This document shows positions 26,344-35,711 of a stretch of DNA of 64,000 nucleotides, piece after piece (position 1 is the stretch's first letter; every line of letters starts with the position of its first letter). Location: positions 6 through 64,005 of the forward strand of contig JAGPCK010000011.1 of NCBI GenBank assembly GCA_018058135.1, read 5' to 3'. The position numbers and the translations under genes are program-made. Below the pieces are notes generated by a model. The model was not told where the DNA came from, did no database searches, and saw only the letters and a list, made by a program, of their open reading frames with translations. The stretch is from Bacteroidia bacterium (lineage in GTDB: Bacteria > Bacteroidota > Bacteroidia > UKL13-3).

Positions 26344-27561
26344 TTAACTGACTTTTCTCCACTGCGAGCTTAGTAAAAGCAGTATTGACGCACCTATAAG
26401 CACTGCTATGTAAAAAAGCAGTTCATTCACATAAGGAATCATAACGTAGCTGATTCCTGCAATTCCCTGTATGCCCAATATAAGTTCATTCAGAAAAACT
26501 CCTGCACTGATGGAAATAATGGCTGTAGTGGTAAGGATATTTTTTTTGATGTAGTTGAACGTGTAAAGATAGCCGATAAGGAACATTGTTAGTATAGCCA
26601 GTAATACCAGGTGCAGGTAAGCCATCACAATGGGGCGGAATCCGAAGGCCATTTTACTCATGGCCGGAAAGGTAGAGCCGGCCTGTAACATAAATTTTAT
26701 AGTAAGTGCAGTACCTACAAACAAAAACAGGTAGCGCGACAACAACGAAAGTTGCGTTTTTATCTTATTGCTGTTATCGCGCATAGCACGGATAACCAGC
26801 AGCCAGGCTATAAGTTGCGCAATGGAAGCAGCCACGATAAACGGATACAACCACACGGGCAGGTGGGCCCACAATACGGATAAGAAGTAAGCGGGGAGGC
26901 AAGAAATACTGAAGAGAAGAAATACCTTTTTCTCTTGTGGGAAAGCAAAATTTAACGCGCTCACCTGAGCTGTAAAAAGTCCCATCACGGCAAAAAAGAA
27001 CCAGCCGTTGTATTGAAAATGCAGGTAAAAATAGACCGATGCCAGGTATTGGTGTTGCGGAATGTGTTTACTTACCATCATGTAAATTAAGGCTAAGGTA
27101 CCCAACGAAGAGAGCAGGTTAAACACGAGTGCAGTAGTGAACCATTTTTTTGCAGGATGCTGTTTTACCTGTTTTAAACTTTTAAAATAGCTGATGGCAA
27201 ACCAGGCGTTTAATATGAGGTGAAGAAACGAGAACGTAATGGAGATAACTCCATATCCCTGTAAGAAAAAACCGGTGAGCATTCCATAGCTGCACAGCAC
27301 ATGCGCACGCAACAAAAAAACATATTTGCTTACTTTTAACTGTGTGGCGTACTGTTGCAGGTAGTGAACCATAAACACCATTAAGGTCTGACTTATCCAG
27401 CCGGTAAAGGCAAAATGGGAATGTGCGTGCTGAATGTTTTTCTGATTAAAGAGCGGAAATTCGAAGCCTATTTTGTAACGCATCAATATCCCCATTAAGG
27501 CTACGAGCAGTAAATTTATAAGCGATAGTCTTACCCAAAAAGCGGTTTTAAATTCCTTCAT
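26344..27561 (-). CDS. Polytopic membrane protein with intramembrane His motifs (function unknown)
   Basis: About 12 TM segments; HAHSHF, YLHFQYNGW and YLHL; start overlaps the Crp/Fnr stop. Confidence 0.7.
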   Translation of the reverse strand: MKEFKTAFWVRLSLINLLLVALMGILMRYKIGFEFPLFNQKNIQHAHSHFAFTGWISQTLMVFMVHYLQQYATQLKVSKYVFLLRAHVLCSYGMLTGFFLQGYGVISITFSFLHLILNAWFAISYFKSLKQVKQHPAKKWFTTALVFNLLSSLGTLALIYMMVSKHIPQHQYLASVYFYLHFQYNGWFFFAVMGLFTAQVSALNFAFPQEKKVFLLFSISCLPAYFLSVLWAHLPVWLYPFIVAASIAQLIAWLLVIRAMRDNSNKIKTQLSLLSRYLFLFVGTALTIKFMLQAGSTFPAMSKMAFGFRPIVMAYLHLVLLAILTMFLIGYLYTFNYIKKNILTTTAIISISAGVFLNELILGIQGIAGISYVMIPYVNELLFYIAVLIGASILLLLSSQWRKVS

Positions 27562-28154
27562 TAAAAGTAGAGTTTGTGGTTGATGATTTCTACTTTTTTC
27601 TCCTTTTTCATTCTGGAGAGTGTACGTATAACCGTTTCAACCCTTAAGCCGGTGAGGTTGGCTAACTCCTGCCGGGTGTGTGGTATCATTATTTTTTCAC
27701 CTTTTTTGCTGTGTTCTTTTTTTATCTGTTTTAAAAAACTCAACAACCTCGACTCCGGACTATTGTTTATCACCTCCCGGGCGGTGAGGGCTTTGTTGTA
27801 GAGCCGTTGCGACAACAGCAGTATCATTTTTTTTTGCATTTCAGGATATGCATCCAACATGCGCATAAAGTTTTCGCGCGATAGTTTTATGATAACAGAT
27901 TCTTTTTGTGTGATGGCACTGGCAGGGTAGGGTACATCAATAAACAAGGCAGGTTCGCCAAAACTTTGCCCTTCATTAAAAATGCCCTGAATAAATTCTT
28001 TTCCATCGTTATTGATGTTTACCATTTTTACTTTACCCTCCAATATCTGGTGATAAAAATGGCTACGCTCATCTTCAGAGAAAATACATTCTCCCTTGCC
28101 GTATATTTTGGCTACTGCGCCCCAGGTAAACAATATGTCCTGATCAATGTGCAT
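27561..28154 (-). CDS. Crp/Fnr-family regulator without N-terminal Cys cluster (DNR-like)
   Basis: cNMP fold (FGEPALF) and HTH (HTRQELANLTGLRVETVIR). Confidence 0.9.
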   Translation of the reverse strand: MHIDQDILFTWGAVAKIYGKGECIFSEDERSHFYHQILEGKVKMVNINNDGKEFIQGIFNEGQSFGEPALFIDVPYPASAITQKESVIIKLSRENFMRMLDAYPEMQKKMILLLSQRLYNKALTAREVINNSPESRLLSFLKQIKKEHSKKGEKIMIPHTRQELANLTGLRVETVIRTLSRMKKEKKVEIINHKLYF

Positions 28155-28351
28155 TCAGATGTTTTTATTTTTTAGCTTGCAAACCGAGTTTCTTATGTAC
28201 TTGTCATGAAAAAGTAATTTTTTCTGTTTCGTGCGCGGCATTTTTTTTCTGTTTTTGCTGCTAACAAATTCCGCTTCTGCTTTCTGTTGTTGAGTTTATT
28301 CACACGCTTTAGTTGTTTTGGCAATGAATAATCCGCAGGGCAAAAATAATC

Positions 28352-28379
28352 ATTATTCGGACAAAAATATCCGAATAAT
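28352..28379. promoter_or_regulatory. Probable Rrf2 autoregulatory operator
   Basis: ATTATTCGGA-N8-TCCGAATAAT is a perfect 10-bp inverted repeat just upstream of the -7 element TATATTTG (28390-28397). Confidence 0.65.
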
Positions 28380-28415
28380 AAAATTGACCTATATTTGTGC
28401 CCGAATAAGTAACCA

Positions 28416-28850
28416 ATGTTTTCAAAAGCTTGTGAATATGCCATCAGGGCAACCATATACATAGCCTTGCAATCGCAAGAGAGCAGGCGTGTAACGTTAA
28501 AAGACATTGCCAAGGAAATTGATTCCCCCGAGGCATTCACCGCTAAAATAATGCAGCAACTGGTTAAGCAGGGCATAGTTGATTCTTTGAAAGGTCCTAC
28601 AGGCGGCTTTGTAATGGAGCCACACAACCTGTTTACTACCAAACTGAGTGAAGTGGTATATGCCATTGATGGCGACAGTGTTTTTAAAGGTTGCGGATTA
28701 GGATTAAAAATGTGCAATGAGAAAAAACCTTGTCCGGTACATGAAAAATTCATCTCCATACGGCAAGAACTTAAGCACATGCTGGAGACTACCACCATTG
28801 AAGAACTAGCTCTGGGACTTAAGCAAGGCATGACATTTTTGAAGAGATAA
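28416..28850 (+). CDS. Rrf2-family regulator with three C-terminal Cys
   Basis: FSKACEYAIRA, S.KGPTGG and CGLGLKMCNEKKPCPVH motifs. Confidence 0.92.
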   Translation: MFSKACEYAIRATIYIALQSQESRRVTLKDIAKEIDSPEAFTAKIMQQLVKQGIVDSLKGPTGGFVMEPHNLFTTKLSEVVYAIDGDSVFKGCGLGLKMCNEKKPCPVHEKFISIRQELKHMLETTTIEELALGLKQGMTFLKR

Positions 28851-28867
28851 AAAAAATTACACTAAAA

Positions 28868-28884
28868 AAGGACAATATTGTCTT
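28868..28884. promoter_or_regulatory. Probable Rrf2 operator upstream of ric
   Basis: GACAATATTGTC is a perfect palindrome sharing the GGACAA core with the site at 28352. Confidence 0.55.
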
Positions 28885-28903
28885 AAATTAAAATTTACAT
28901 CAT

Positions 28904-29635
28904 ATGAACACATTAGTTTTAAAAAAAGTAGGGGAGTTGGTTGCGGAAGACTACCGCACAGCCGCTGTATTTCAATCTAACGGAATTGACTTTTGCTGCA
29001 AGGGAAACAGAACCATTGCCGAGGCTTGTGCAACGGCTCAGAAAGACGAAGCACAACTGCTTGTGCAACTGGAATCGGTATTGAATGCTCCGGGCAATAC
29101 GGCTATGGACTATGCCTCATGGCCGGCTGATTTGCTGGTGGATTACATTGAGAAGAAACACCACCGCTACGTAGTAGAACGCACTCCGGTGCTGCTGCAA
29201 TATCTCGATAAGTTGTGCAAGGTACACGGCAAAACCCACCCCGAACTGTTTGACGTTTTTCAGCAGTTTACAGCCTCTGCCAGCGAGTTGGCAGCTCACA
29301 TGAAAAAAGAAGAACTGGTATTATTTCCTTACCTGCGCAAAATTGCCGAGGCAATAAACAAAGGTGAAAACATTGAAAAGCCTCATTTTGGTACAGTTGA
29401 AAATCCCGTAGCCATGATGATGCAGGAACATGAAGTGGAAGGTGAGCGCTTCAGAACAATGGCCGTGCTTACGGATGATTACACCCCTCCGGCTGATGCC
29501 TGCAATACCTATAGAGTAACTTATGCATTACTCAAAGAATTTGAAGAAGACCTGCACCTGCACATTCACTTGGAGAACAATATTCTATTCCCTTGGGGCA
29601 TTGAGCAGGAAAAATTATTGGCTACCGCATCATGA
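28904..29635 (+). CDS. ric: Iron-sulfur cluster repair di-iron protein (Ric/YtfE/ScdA)
   Basis: GIDFCCKG, HH, HMKKEE..LFP, EH and HIHLENNILF motifs. Confidence 0.93.
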   Translation: MNTLVLKKVGELVAEDYRTAAVFQSNGIDFCCKGNRTIAEACATAQKDEAQLLVQLESVLNAPGNTAMDYASWPADLLVDYIEKKHHRYVVERTPVLLQYLDKLCKVHGKTHPELFDVFQQFTASASELAAHMKKEELVLFPYLRKIAEAINKGENIEKPHFGTVENPVAMMMQEHEVEGERFRTMAVLTDDYTPPADACNTYRVTYALLKEFEEDLHLHIHLENNILFPWGIEQEKLLATAS

Positions 29636-30081
29636 AAAAGCAGTTTATTTATTTGCTCCTGCTATCGGCAGTTTTTATTTTCTCTTGCGGCAACCCGCAA
29701 ACAAAACAGGAAACAACTCCGCAGGTTACCAAGGAACAAGTGCCTTCAGAGCATAACATAGAGTTGAATGAGGGTAACAAGTGGAAGGTGGATGTGCAAA
29801 TGATGGTTTACCTGCGTGCCATGGAAAAAGCCGTTGAGGCTTACACCGGTGATAGTGCAGACAGCTTTGATACCCTGGCCATATTTTTACAGGAGCAAAC
29901 CAATGAGCTTACTTCCAACTGCACCATGGAAGGAAAACCGCACGATGAGTTACATAAGTGGCTGTTGCCTTATATGGAACTGGTAGCCTCTATGCAGGGG
30001 GCAAAAGAGGAAACCCAGCGCAAGGAAATTCTCCTTGAACTCAAGGCTTCTTTTACTGAACTGAATACTTATTTTGAATGA
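29632..30081 (+). CDS. Hypothetical lipoprotein (paralog of 32416..32877)
   Basis: Lipobox FSC; CTMEGKPHDELHKWLLPY. Confidence 0.8.
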   Translation: MKKQFIYLLLLSAVFIFSCGNPQTKQETTPQVTKEQVPSEHNIELNEGNKWKVDVQMMVYLRAMEKAVEAYTGDSADSFDTLAIFLQEQTNELTSNCTMEGKPHDELHKWLLPYMELVASMQGAKEETQRKEILLELKASFTELNTYFE

Positions 30082-30557
30082 GCAACATTACACCCATTAA
30101 ACGCAACATTGCCTTGCAGCCATTAAGCCGTGAACATTACCACGGCTTAATGCTGTGCCTTAAAATTCGTAAAGGCATTGCCCGCCACGTGGAGGAATCA
30201 AGAATGAAACGTTATGCCGACTGGTTTTATGCCACTCACCTCATTCCTCATTTTCAAGCAGAGGAGCAGCATATATTTCCTGTTTTGGGCAACGGACATA
30301 AGCTGGTGGAAAAAGCCCTGTTTGAGCACCGCAGGATTAACCGCTTGTTTGTAAAAGAAAAAAACCTGCTCAAATCAGTGAGCCTTATTGAAGAAGAACT
30401 GGAGCGGCACATTCGCTTTGAAGAACGCATTTTGTTCAATGAGCTGGAGCGCACCGCCACAGCAGAACAACTGGTGATGGTAGACAAGTTGCATCAGGAA
30501 CACCACTTTGAAGAAAATACCGAAGACGAGTTTTGGAAGAAACTGCCGGGGGAATGA
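30078..30557 (+). CDS. Hemerythrin-domain protein
   Basis: SREHYHG, HFQAEE..FP, EH and HIRFEER.LF motifs. Confidence 0.85.
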   Translation: MSNITPIKRNIALQPLSREHYHGLMLCLKIRKGIARHVEESRMKRYADWFYATHLIPHFQAEEQHIFPVLGNGHKLVEKALFEHRRINRLFVKEKNLLKSVSLIEEELERHIRFEERILFNELERTATAEQLVMVDKLHQEHHFEENTEDEFWKKLPGE

Positions 30558-30971
30558 GTAAGATTAACAGTGTTGAGTTTTTTTGAAGGACTACGCAAGA
30601 CAAAGGAGAAATAAGTAATATTATCGAATCCCAACAGTATTTAAAACATATGCATCAATCACTCATAACTTTATACTTTTGAGTATAATACTAAGTGGTA
30701 TAAAATAAGGTGAGACTCACCGTTCTTGTAGTCTAACAGAGATTAAGCATTCATCTATCTACCTTACAAATCAACGAGGATTTCTTTTTTTCTGAGTTTG
30801 TAACGCTCGCTACGTTGAGTCTCATGTTTAAGTGTATTGTGGAATGTTTACCATATCTTTTCAAGCTAGCTATAAGACAAAAATGGTGTTGTAATAGCTT
30901 AATTCTGATACCGGTGCTCATCATATTTATAGATTATCAAAAAAAAATTGTAGCTCTGAATATAATTCAAT

Positions 30972-30998
30972 TACCTTTGTGAGCGAACATTTACTTAC
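30972..30998 (+). promoter_or_regulatory. Bacteroidota -7 promoter element followed by a putative TetR operator
   Basis: TACCTTTG at 30972-30979, then the imperfect palindrome GTGAGCGAACATTTACTTAC at 30979-30998. Confidence 0.5.
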
Positions 30999-31015
30999 AT
31001 TTAAATGCAAGCAAA

Positions 31016-31426
31016 ATGAACGGCAAAAACAACATAGCAATTGGCTTCCTTACAATGGGGCTTTTTATGGCTTACGGCTTTCTATTAATTTACCTCCGCG
31101 ACTTTGCTCCCGACAAAGAAGAATGGGCAAATTCATATAGTACTGGAAAGCACTTTGAAAGCAGACTGGCTCACGTTCACGGAAACTTGTTCGCTTTTCT
31201 TAACATCTTAATTGGTTATCTTCTACTTCATTTCAGAAACAAACTCCAGAACGTTAAAGCAATTTCTTGGTTAGCATTTACAGGCCTATTAATGCCAATA
31301 GGTATATTAACAGAAGTGTATTTTGGCTTGCCTCCTGCTTTGGTATTAATCGGAGCAATAGCTATGACTGTTTCTGTAATTTGGTTAGGAATTGCTTTTT
31401 TTAAAATGAAAACTATAATCGAATAA
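31016..31426 (+). CDS. Small 4-TM hypothetical membrane protein
   Basis: Four hydrophobic segments and AHVHGNL. Confidence 0.75.
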   Translation: MNGKNNIAIGFLTMGLFMAYGFLLIYLRDFAPDKEEWANSYSTGKHFESRLAHVHGNLFAFLNILIGYLLLHFRNKLQNVKAISWLAFTGLLMPIGILTEVYFGLPPALVLIGAIAMTVSVIWLGIAFFKMKTIIE

Positions 31427-31436
31427 AAAATAACAA

Positions 31437-32033
31437 ATGACAGCAACAATTTCAGACAGACAACTTGAAGTTATCGAAGCGGCAGGAAAAATACTTACCG
31501 CATCAGGTGTTAGTGGTTTAACGATTAAGAATCTTGCTAAAGAAATGAAGTTTTCTGAAAGTGCTATTTACAGGCATTTTGCAAGCAAGGAAGAAATAAT
31601 TATTGCCTTACTCGAATATCTTGCTACGAGTATGGATGATCGCTATACTAATGCAATTTCCAGTGAGCAACCACCGGAAGAAAAATTCACAACGTTGTTT
31701 CAAAATCAATTTTCATTCTTTAAAAAGAACCCTCATTTTGTAGCTGCGGTATTTTCTGACGGGCTGATGGAAGAAAGTCAACGCATCAACGAAACTATAT
31801 TGAAAATAATGGGTGTGAAAATGAAGCACTTGATGCCTATTATTCTAGAAGGACAGCAGAAGAAAGTATTTACAAATTCAATAACATCCGATGAATTAAT
31901 GCATATCATAATGGGAACTTTCAGGTTGCAAATGTATAAATGGAGAGTTGCTAACTTTCAATTTGATATAACCAGAAACGGGGATAATATGATTCAATCG
32001 GTTTTAACTCTTATAAAAACCAAATCGAAATGA
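31437..32033 (+). CDS. TetR/AcrR-family regulator
   Basis: N-terminal HTH (LTIKNLAKEM..SESAIYRHF.SKEEI). Confidence 0.92.
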   Translation: MTATISDRQLEVIEAAGKILTASGVSGLTIKNLAKEMKFSESAIYRHFASKEEIIIALLEYLATSMDDRYTNAISSEQPPEEKFTTLFQNQFSFFKKNPHFVAAVFSDGLMEESQRINETILKIMGVKMKHLMPIILEGQQKKVFTNSITSDELMHIIMGTFRLQMYKWRVANFQFDITRNGDNMIQSVLTLIKTKSK

Positions 32034-32419
32034 AAAAAATAATTCCCTACTTATTAGCAGCAATCTTAACTGGATTTGGTTTGCTTACATTGTTTCTTAG
32101 CTCCTCCGTAATATTTGATTTGTTTGGTATTAGAGTCAAAGAGGGCAATTATGTTCTATTTGTTGTTTGGTCAAATTTTATTAGTAGCATCCTTTATCTT
32201 TTTGCGGCCTATGGTTTTGTTAAAGTCAAAAATTGGACTACTATACTCTTAGGAATTTCAACACTCATATTAATAGCCGCTTTTATTGGTCTTAAAATTT
32301 ACGCAAGTTCAGGCGGTATTTATGAAACAAAAACTGTTGGTGCAATGATTTTTAGAATTTCTGTAACCCTTGTATTTACAATTATTGCATATTTCACAAT
32401 ATCAAAAAAGAAAATATGA
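32030..32419 (+). CDS. Hypothetical 4-TM membrane protein
   Basis: Hydrophobic ORF coupled to both neighbours by ATGA overlaps. Confidence 0.75.
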   Translation: MKKIIPYLLAAILTGFGLLTLFLSSSVIFDLFGIRVKEGNYVLFVVWSNFISSILYLFAAYGFVKVKNWTTILLGISTLILIAAFIGLKIYASSGGIYETKTVGAMIFRISVTLVFTIIAYFTISKKKI

Positions 32420-32877
32420 AAACGTTAGCAATTTCAATTACAGCAATCAGTTTATTCCTTTTCGGTTGTGGCGATACATCTAAAGAAAAATCAAAAGAGC
32501 AAACCGAAACCGTTACTCATCAAGAACATCAGCACAACGCTGAAATACAAACCATTGAACTTAACAATGGAGAAAAATGGAACGTTGATGCCAATATGAT
32601 AACTCATATTCGTAATATGGAAAACGATGTTATTTCCTTTGCTAATGTTGATCAAAAAGATTACAAATCACTATCTGAAAAGTTACAATCCAACATTGAT
32701 TTGCTTACCTCTAACTGTACAATGGAAGGCAAAGCACACGATGAACTGCATAAGTGGTTATTGCCCTACATTGATATGGTAAAAGAACTTTCAGAAGTTA
32801 AAGACGAAACCGAAGCCGCAAAACAATTTCAAAAAATAGAAAATTCATTCATAACATTTAATCAATACTTCCAATGA
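32416..32877 (+). CDS. Hypothetical lipoprotein (paralog of 29632..30081)
   Basis: Lipobox FGC; CTMEGKAHDELHKWLLPY. Confidence 0.8.
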   Translation: MKTLAISITAISLFLFGCGDTSKEKSKEQTETVTHQEHQHNAEIQTIELNNGEKWNVDANMITHIRNMENDVISFANVDQKDYKSLSEKLQSNIDLLTSNCTMEGKAHDELHKWLLPYIDMVKELSEVKDETEAAKQFQKIENSFITFNQYFQ

Positions 32878-33161
32878 ACATAAAAGACTTACACACACAA
32901 GAAAAACCTGTTTCAGCAACTTCTCTTTTTAAAAGTGAACATGGCAATGCAACGGCAATAAAAATTTTGAAAAGTGAAAAATTAAAAGAACATATCACCA
33001 AAACTCCTGCACTTTTAATTTGTATGGAAGGAGAAGTGATTTTTGAAAACGAAAAAGACATTAAAGAAACACTAATGTCAGGTGATTATGTAAACATTGA
33101 ACCAATGGTAAAGCATTGGGTTGAAGGAACAATTGAAAGTCAATTAATACTCATCAAGTAA
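32874..33161 (+). CDS. Small cupin-domain protein
   Basis: LKEH, ALLICMEG and VKHWV give a cupin-like pattern. Confidence 0.7.
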   Translation: MNIKDLHTQEKPVSATSLFKSEHGNATAIKILKSEKLKEHITKTPALLICMEGEVIFENEKDIKETLMSGDYVNIEPMVKHWVEGTIESQLILIK

Positions 33162-33174
33162 AAAAATTTGACAA

Positions 33175-34509
33175 ATGAAGTTAGTAAACATTCACAAACA
33201 AACATTGTTGCTGCTATTCTTTTTAATAGTAGTTAATGCCGTTCAGGCCCAAGTCTGGACGCTTCAACAGTGTATTGATACAGCACAGGTTCATAATAGA
33301 AACCTGCAAATAGGCAGAAATAACATTGCTATCGGGGAACAAAAGGCAAAAGAAGCAAAAGCCAATTTAATTCCGAAAGTAACAGCCAATGCTGATTACA
33401 AATATTTTACTAATCTGCCTTACCAGTTAATGCCTTTGTCCACCTTTAATCCAACAGCACCTGAAGGGCAGTTTAAAGAAGCACAGTTTGGCGTTCCTCA
33501 CAACATCAATGCAAACCTGCAATTATCAATGCCTTTGTATAATCCGCAAATTTACGGAGCTATTCAAACTACTAAGATAGCCTCGGAATTGACGGAATTG
33601 CAATACCAAAAAACAGAAGAGCAAATCTATTTTGAAATTTCCAATCTGTATTACAATGCTCAAATTTTGCATCATCAAATAGCTTTTATAGATAGCAACC
33701 TTATAAATGCAGAAAGGTTATTAAAAAACATTCAACTGCTCAACGAACTACTACTTGCCAAAGGGACAGATGTAAGCAAGGCAAAATTGCAAGTATCACA
33801 ATTAACCACTCAAAAGGAAAAATTAAGCAGTAAATACGAACAAGTTTTAAATGCGTTGAAATTTGCAATGGGCATTTCCATGGAACAAAATCTACAAATT
33901 GAAGCGAACATACAATATCAAAACGCCAATGAATATAACCCTTCATCAACTTTAGATATTCGTATAATAAAAACGCAAAACCGCTTATTGTCGAGTGAAA
34001 TAAACACACTAAACAAATCAAGGTTTTTACCTTCGCTTAATCTTATCGGAACTTATGGTACAACAGGTTTTGGATATAATGGACAGCGAAATTCTTTTTT
34101 AGATTTTTATCCCATTGGCTTTGCAGGTATTCAATTTTCCTATCCTTTATTTAACGGAATAGTTACGCAACGAAAATTAAATCAAAAAAGGTATGAACTT
34201 CAAAATAATGAACTTCAATTTGAGCTGAACACCGAACAAAATAATATGCAGGTTGAAAATGCAAAACTGCTAAAAATGGTTGCTAAAAAATCAGTAGAAT
34301 CAACAACAGAACAAATTGAACTTGCAAAAACTATTTACGAGCAAACTATTCTTCAACAAAAACAAGGAACAGCAAGCCTGACAGATGTTTTGCTTGCAGA
34401 CAACGCATTACGTGAAGCACAACAAACATACCTCAATGCGGTAATAGATTATCTAAAAGCAGACTTGGAACTTAAAAAACTAACCGGAAATATTTTAACA
34501 ACTAAATAA
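33175..34509 (+). CDS. TolC-family outer membrane efflux protein
   Basis: Signal peptide, LIPKV, FLPSLNL, YPLFNG and GTASLTDVL; precedes MFP and RND genes. Confidence 0.9.
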   Translation: MKLVNIHKQTLLLLFFLIVVNAVQAQVWTLQQCIDTAQVHNRNLQIGRNNIAIGEQKAKEAKANLIPKVTANADYKYFTNLPYQLMPLSTFNPTAPEGQFKEAQFGVPHNINANLQLSMPLYNPQIYGAIQTTKIASELTELQYQKTEEQIYFEISNLYYNAQILHHQIAFIDSNLINAERLLKNIQLLNELLLAKGTDVSKAKLQVSQLTTQKEKLSSKYEQVLNALKFAMGISMEQNLQIEANIQYQNANEYNPSSTLDIRIIKTQNRLLSSEINTLNKSRFLPSLNLIGTYGTTGFGYNGQRNSFLDFYPIGFAGIQFSYPLFNGIVTQRKLNQKRYELQNNELQFELNTEQNNMQVENAKLLKMVAKKSVESTTEQIELAKTIYEQTILQQKQGTASLTDVLLADNALREAQQTYLNAVIDYLKADLELKKLTGNILTTK

Positions 34510-34522
34510 TTGTTACAATGAA

Positions 34523-34593
34523 ATCACCATGTTGCCGAAACACAAACATCCAATTAATAAACATGGTGATACCATCCCGAAATAAATTCGGGA
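34523..34593. repeat. Two adjacent inverted repeats in the tolC-MFP gap
   Basis: ATCACCATGTT/AACATGGTGAT (34523-34570) and TCCCGAA-N5-TTCGGGA (34575-34593). Confidence 0.55.
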
Positions 34594-34628
34594 CAAGTAA
34601 TGAGAACTAAAAAACAAATTATACAGAT

Positions 34629-35699
34629 ATGAATACAAAAACATCAATCTTAAAAAAGGTACTATACATTACTATACCATTGGTATTGATTGCCGTAGTG
34701 GTAATTAAGTTAAAAAACAACAAAGAAATTACACAGAGTAAAGTTTATCAATACGATAAAGAACAAGCTATTAATGTTCAGGCTGACACTCTACAAATTG
34801 AAAATGTGAATGCTGAATTTTCTTATTCAGGAACATTTGAACCTAACAAGGAGACGAAAATAAGTGCCGAAATACAGGGAAAGATAAATGAAATTTTAGT
34901 TGATGTTGGAAGTATTGTAAAAAAAGGACAATCATTAGTGCTGTTGGATAATTCATTGTTGAAACTGCAACTGCAAACTATTGAAGTGCAAATAGAAGGC
35001 TTGGAAGCCGATGTAAACCGCTATACCATTTTAGCTAAAGCGGATGCCATACAAGGTGTTCAGTTAGAGAAAGCGGTGTTAGGTTTAAAATCTGCAAAAG
35101 TACAAAGAGCCACTTTACTTGAACAAATAGACAAAACAACTATTAAAGTTCCTTTTAACGGTATAGTTACAGCAAAACTAAGTGAAGAAGGAGCATTCGC
35201 GGCACCCGGTATTCCATTACTTCAAATAACAGACATTACAAATTTAAAATTCACTGTAAATGTTCCCGAAAAGGAATTAAGTAAATTCAAATTAAATCAA
35301 AGCTATTCTCTTATAGTAGATGCTTATTCTGATATTTCGTTAACAGGAAAAGCTATAATGATAGGAAGTAAAGCAAATATGGGTAGTAGTTTTCCTGTTC
35401 AGTTTACGCTAAATAATACGTCAGATTTGAAAATAAAATCAGGGATGTTTGGTAAAGTGAATTTGAAAAATCCCACCCAAGAAATGGGGATTATTATTCC
35501 TGCATCTGCAATTGTAGGCTCCGCTAATCAACCACAAATTTATTTAATTAAAAACGGTAGATCTGTTCTGCAGAACATCACTATTTCAAAAAAGATACAG
35601 AATAAAGTAGTTGTGTCAAGTGGTTTGAAAGAAGGCGATGTAATTGTAACCAATGGCTTTATCAATCTTTTTGACGGTGCAAATGTAATTGTTAAATAA
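34629..35699 (+). CDS. RND efflux membrane-fusion (periplasmic adaptor) subunit
   Basis: N-terminal TM; GKINEI.VDVG, I.VPFNGIV and GMFG motifs. Confidence 0.9.
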   Translation: MNTKTSILKKVLYITIPLVLIAVVVIKLKNNKEITQSKVYQYDKEQAINVQADTLQIENVNAEFSYSGTFEPNKETKISAEIQGKINEILVDVGSIVKKGQSLVLLDNSLLKLQLQTIEVQIEGLEADVNRYTILAKADAIQGVQLEKAVLGLKSAKVQRATLLEQIDKTTIKVPFNGIVTAKLSEEGAFAAPGIPLLQITDITNLKFTVNVPEKELSKFKLNQSYSLIVDAYSDISLTGKAIMIGSKANMGSSFPVQFTLNNTSDLKIKSGMFGKVNLKNPTQEMGIIIPASAIVGSANQPQIYLIKNGRSVLQNITISKKIQNKVVVSSGLKEGDVIVTNGFINLFDGANVIVK

Positions 35700-35711
35700 A
35701 ATCAGCGAAAA

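Noticed and set aside
28193-28209. Third copy of the TTATGAY-N4-GTCATAA motif upstream of the DNR-like gene
   Set aside because: TTATGTA-CTT-GTCATGA has a 3-nt spacer and several mismatches.
30731-30820. attC site (GTCTAAC ... GTTGAGT fits RYYYAAC/GTTRRRY)
   Set aside because: The two cores pair only at AAC/GTT and the interior is not self-complementary; likely chance.
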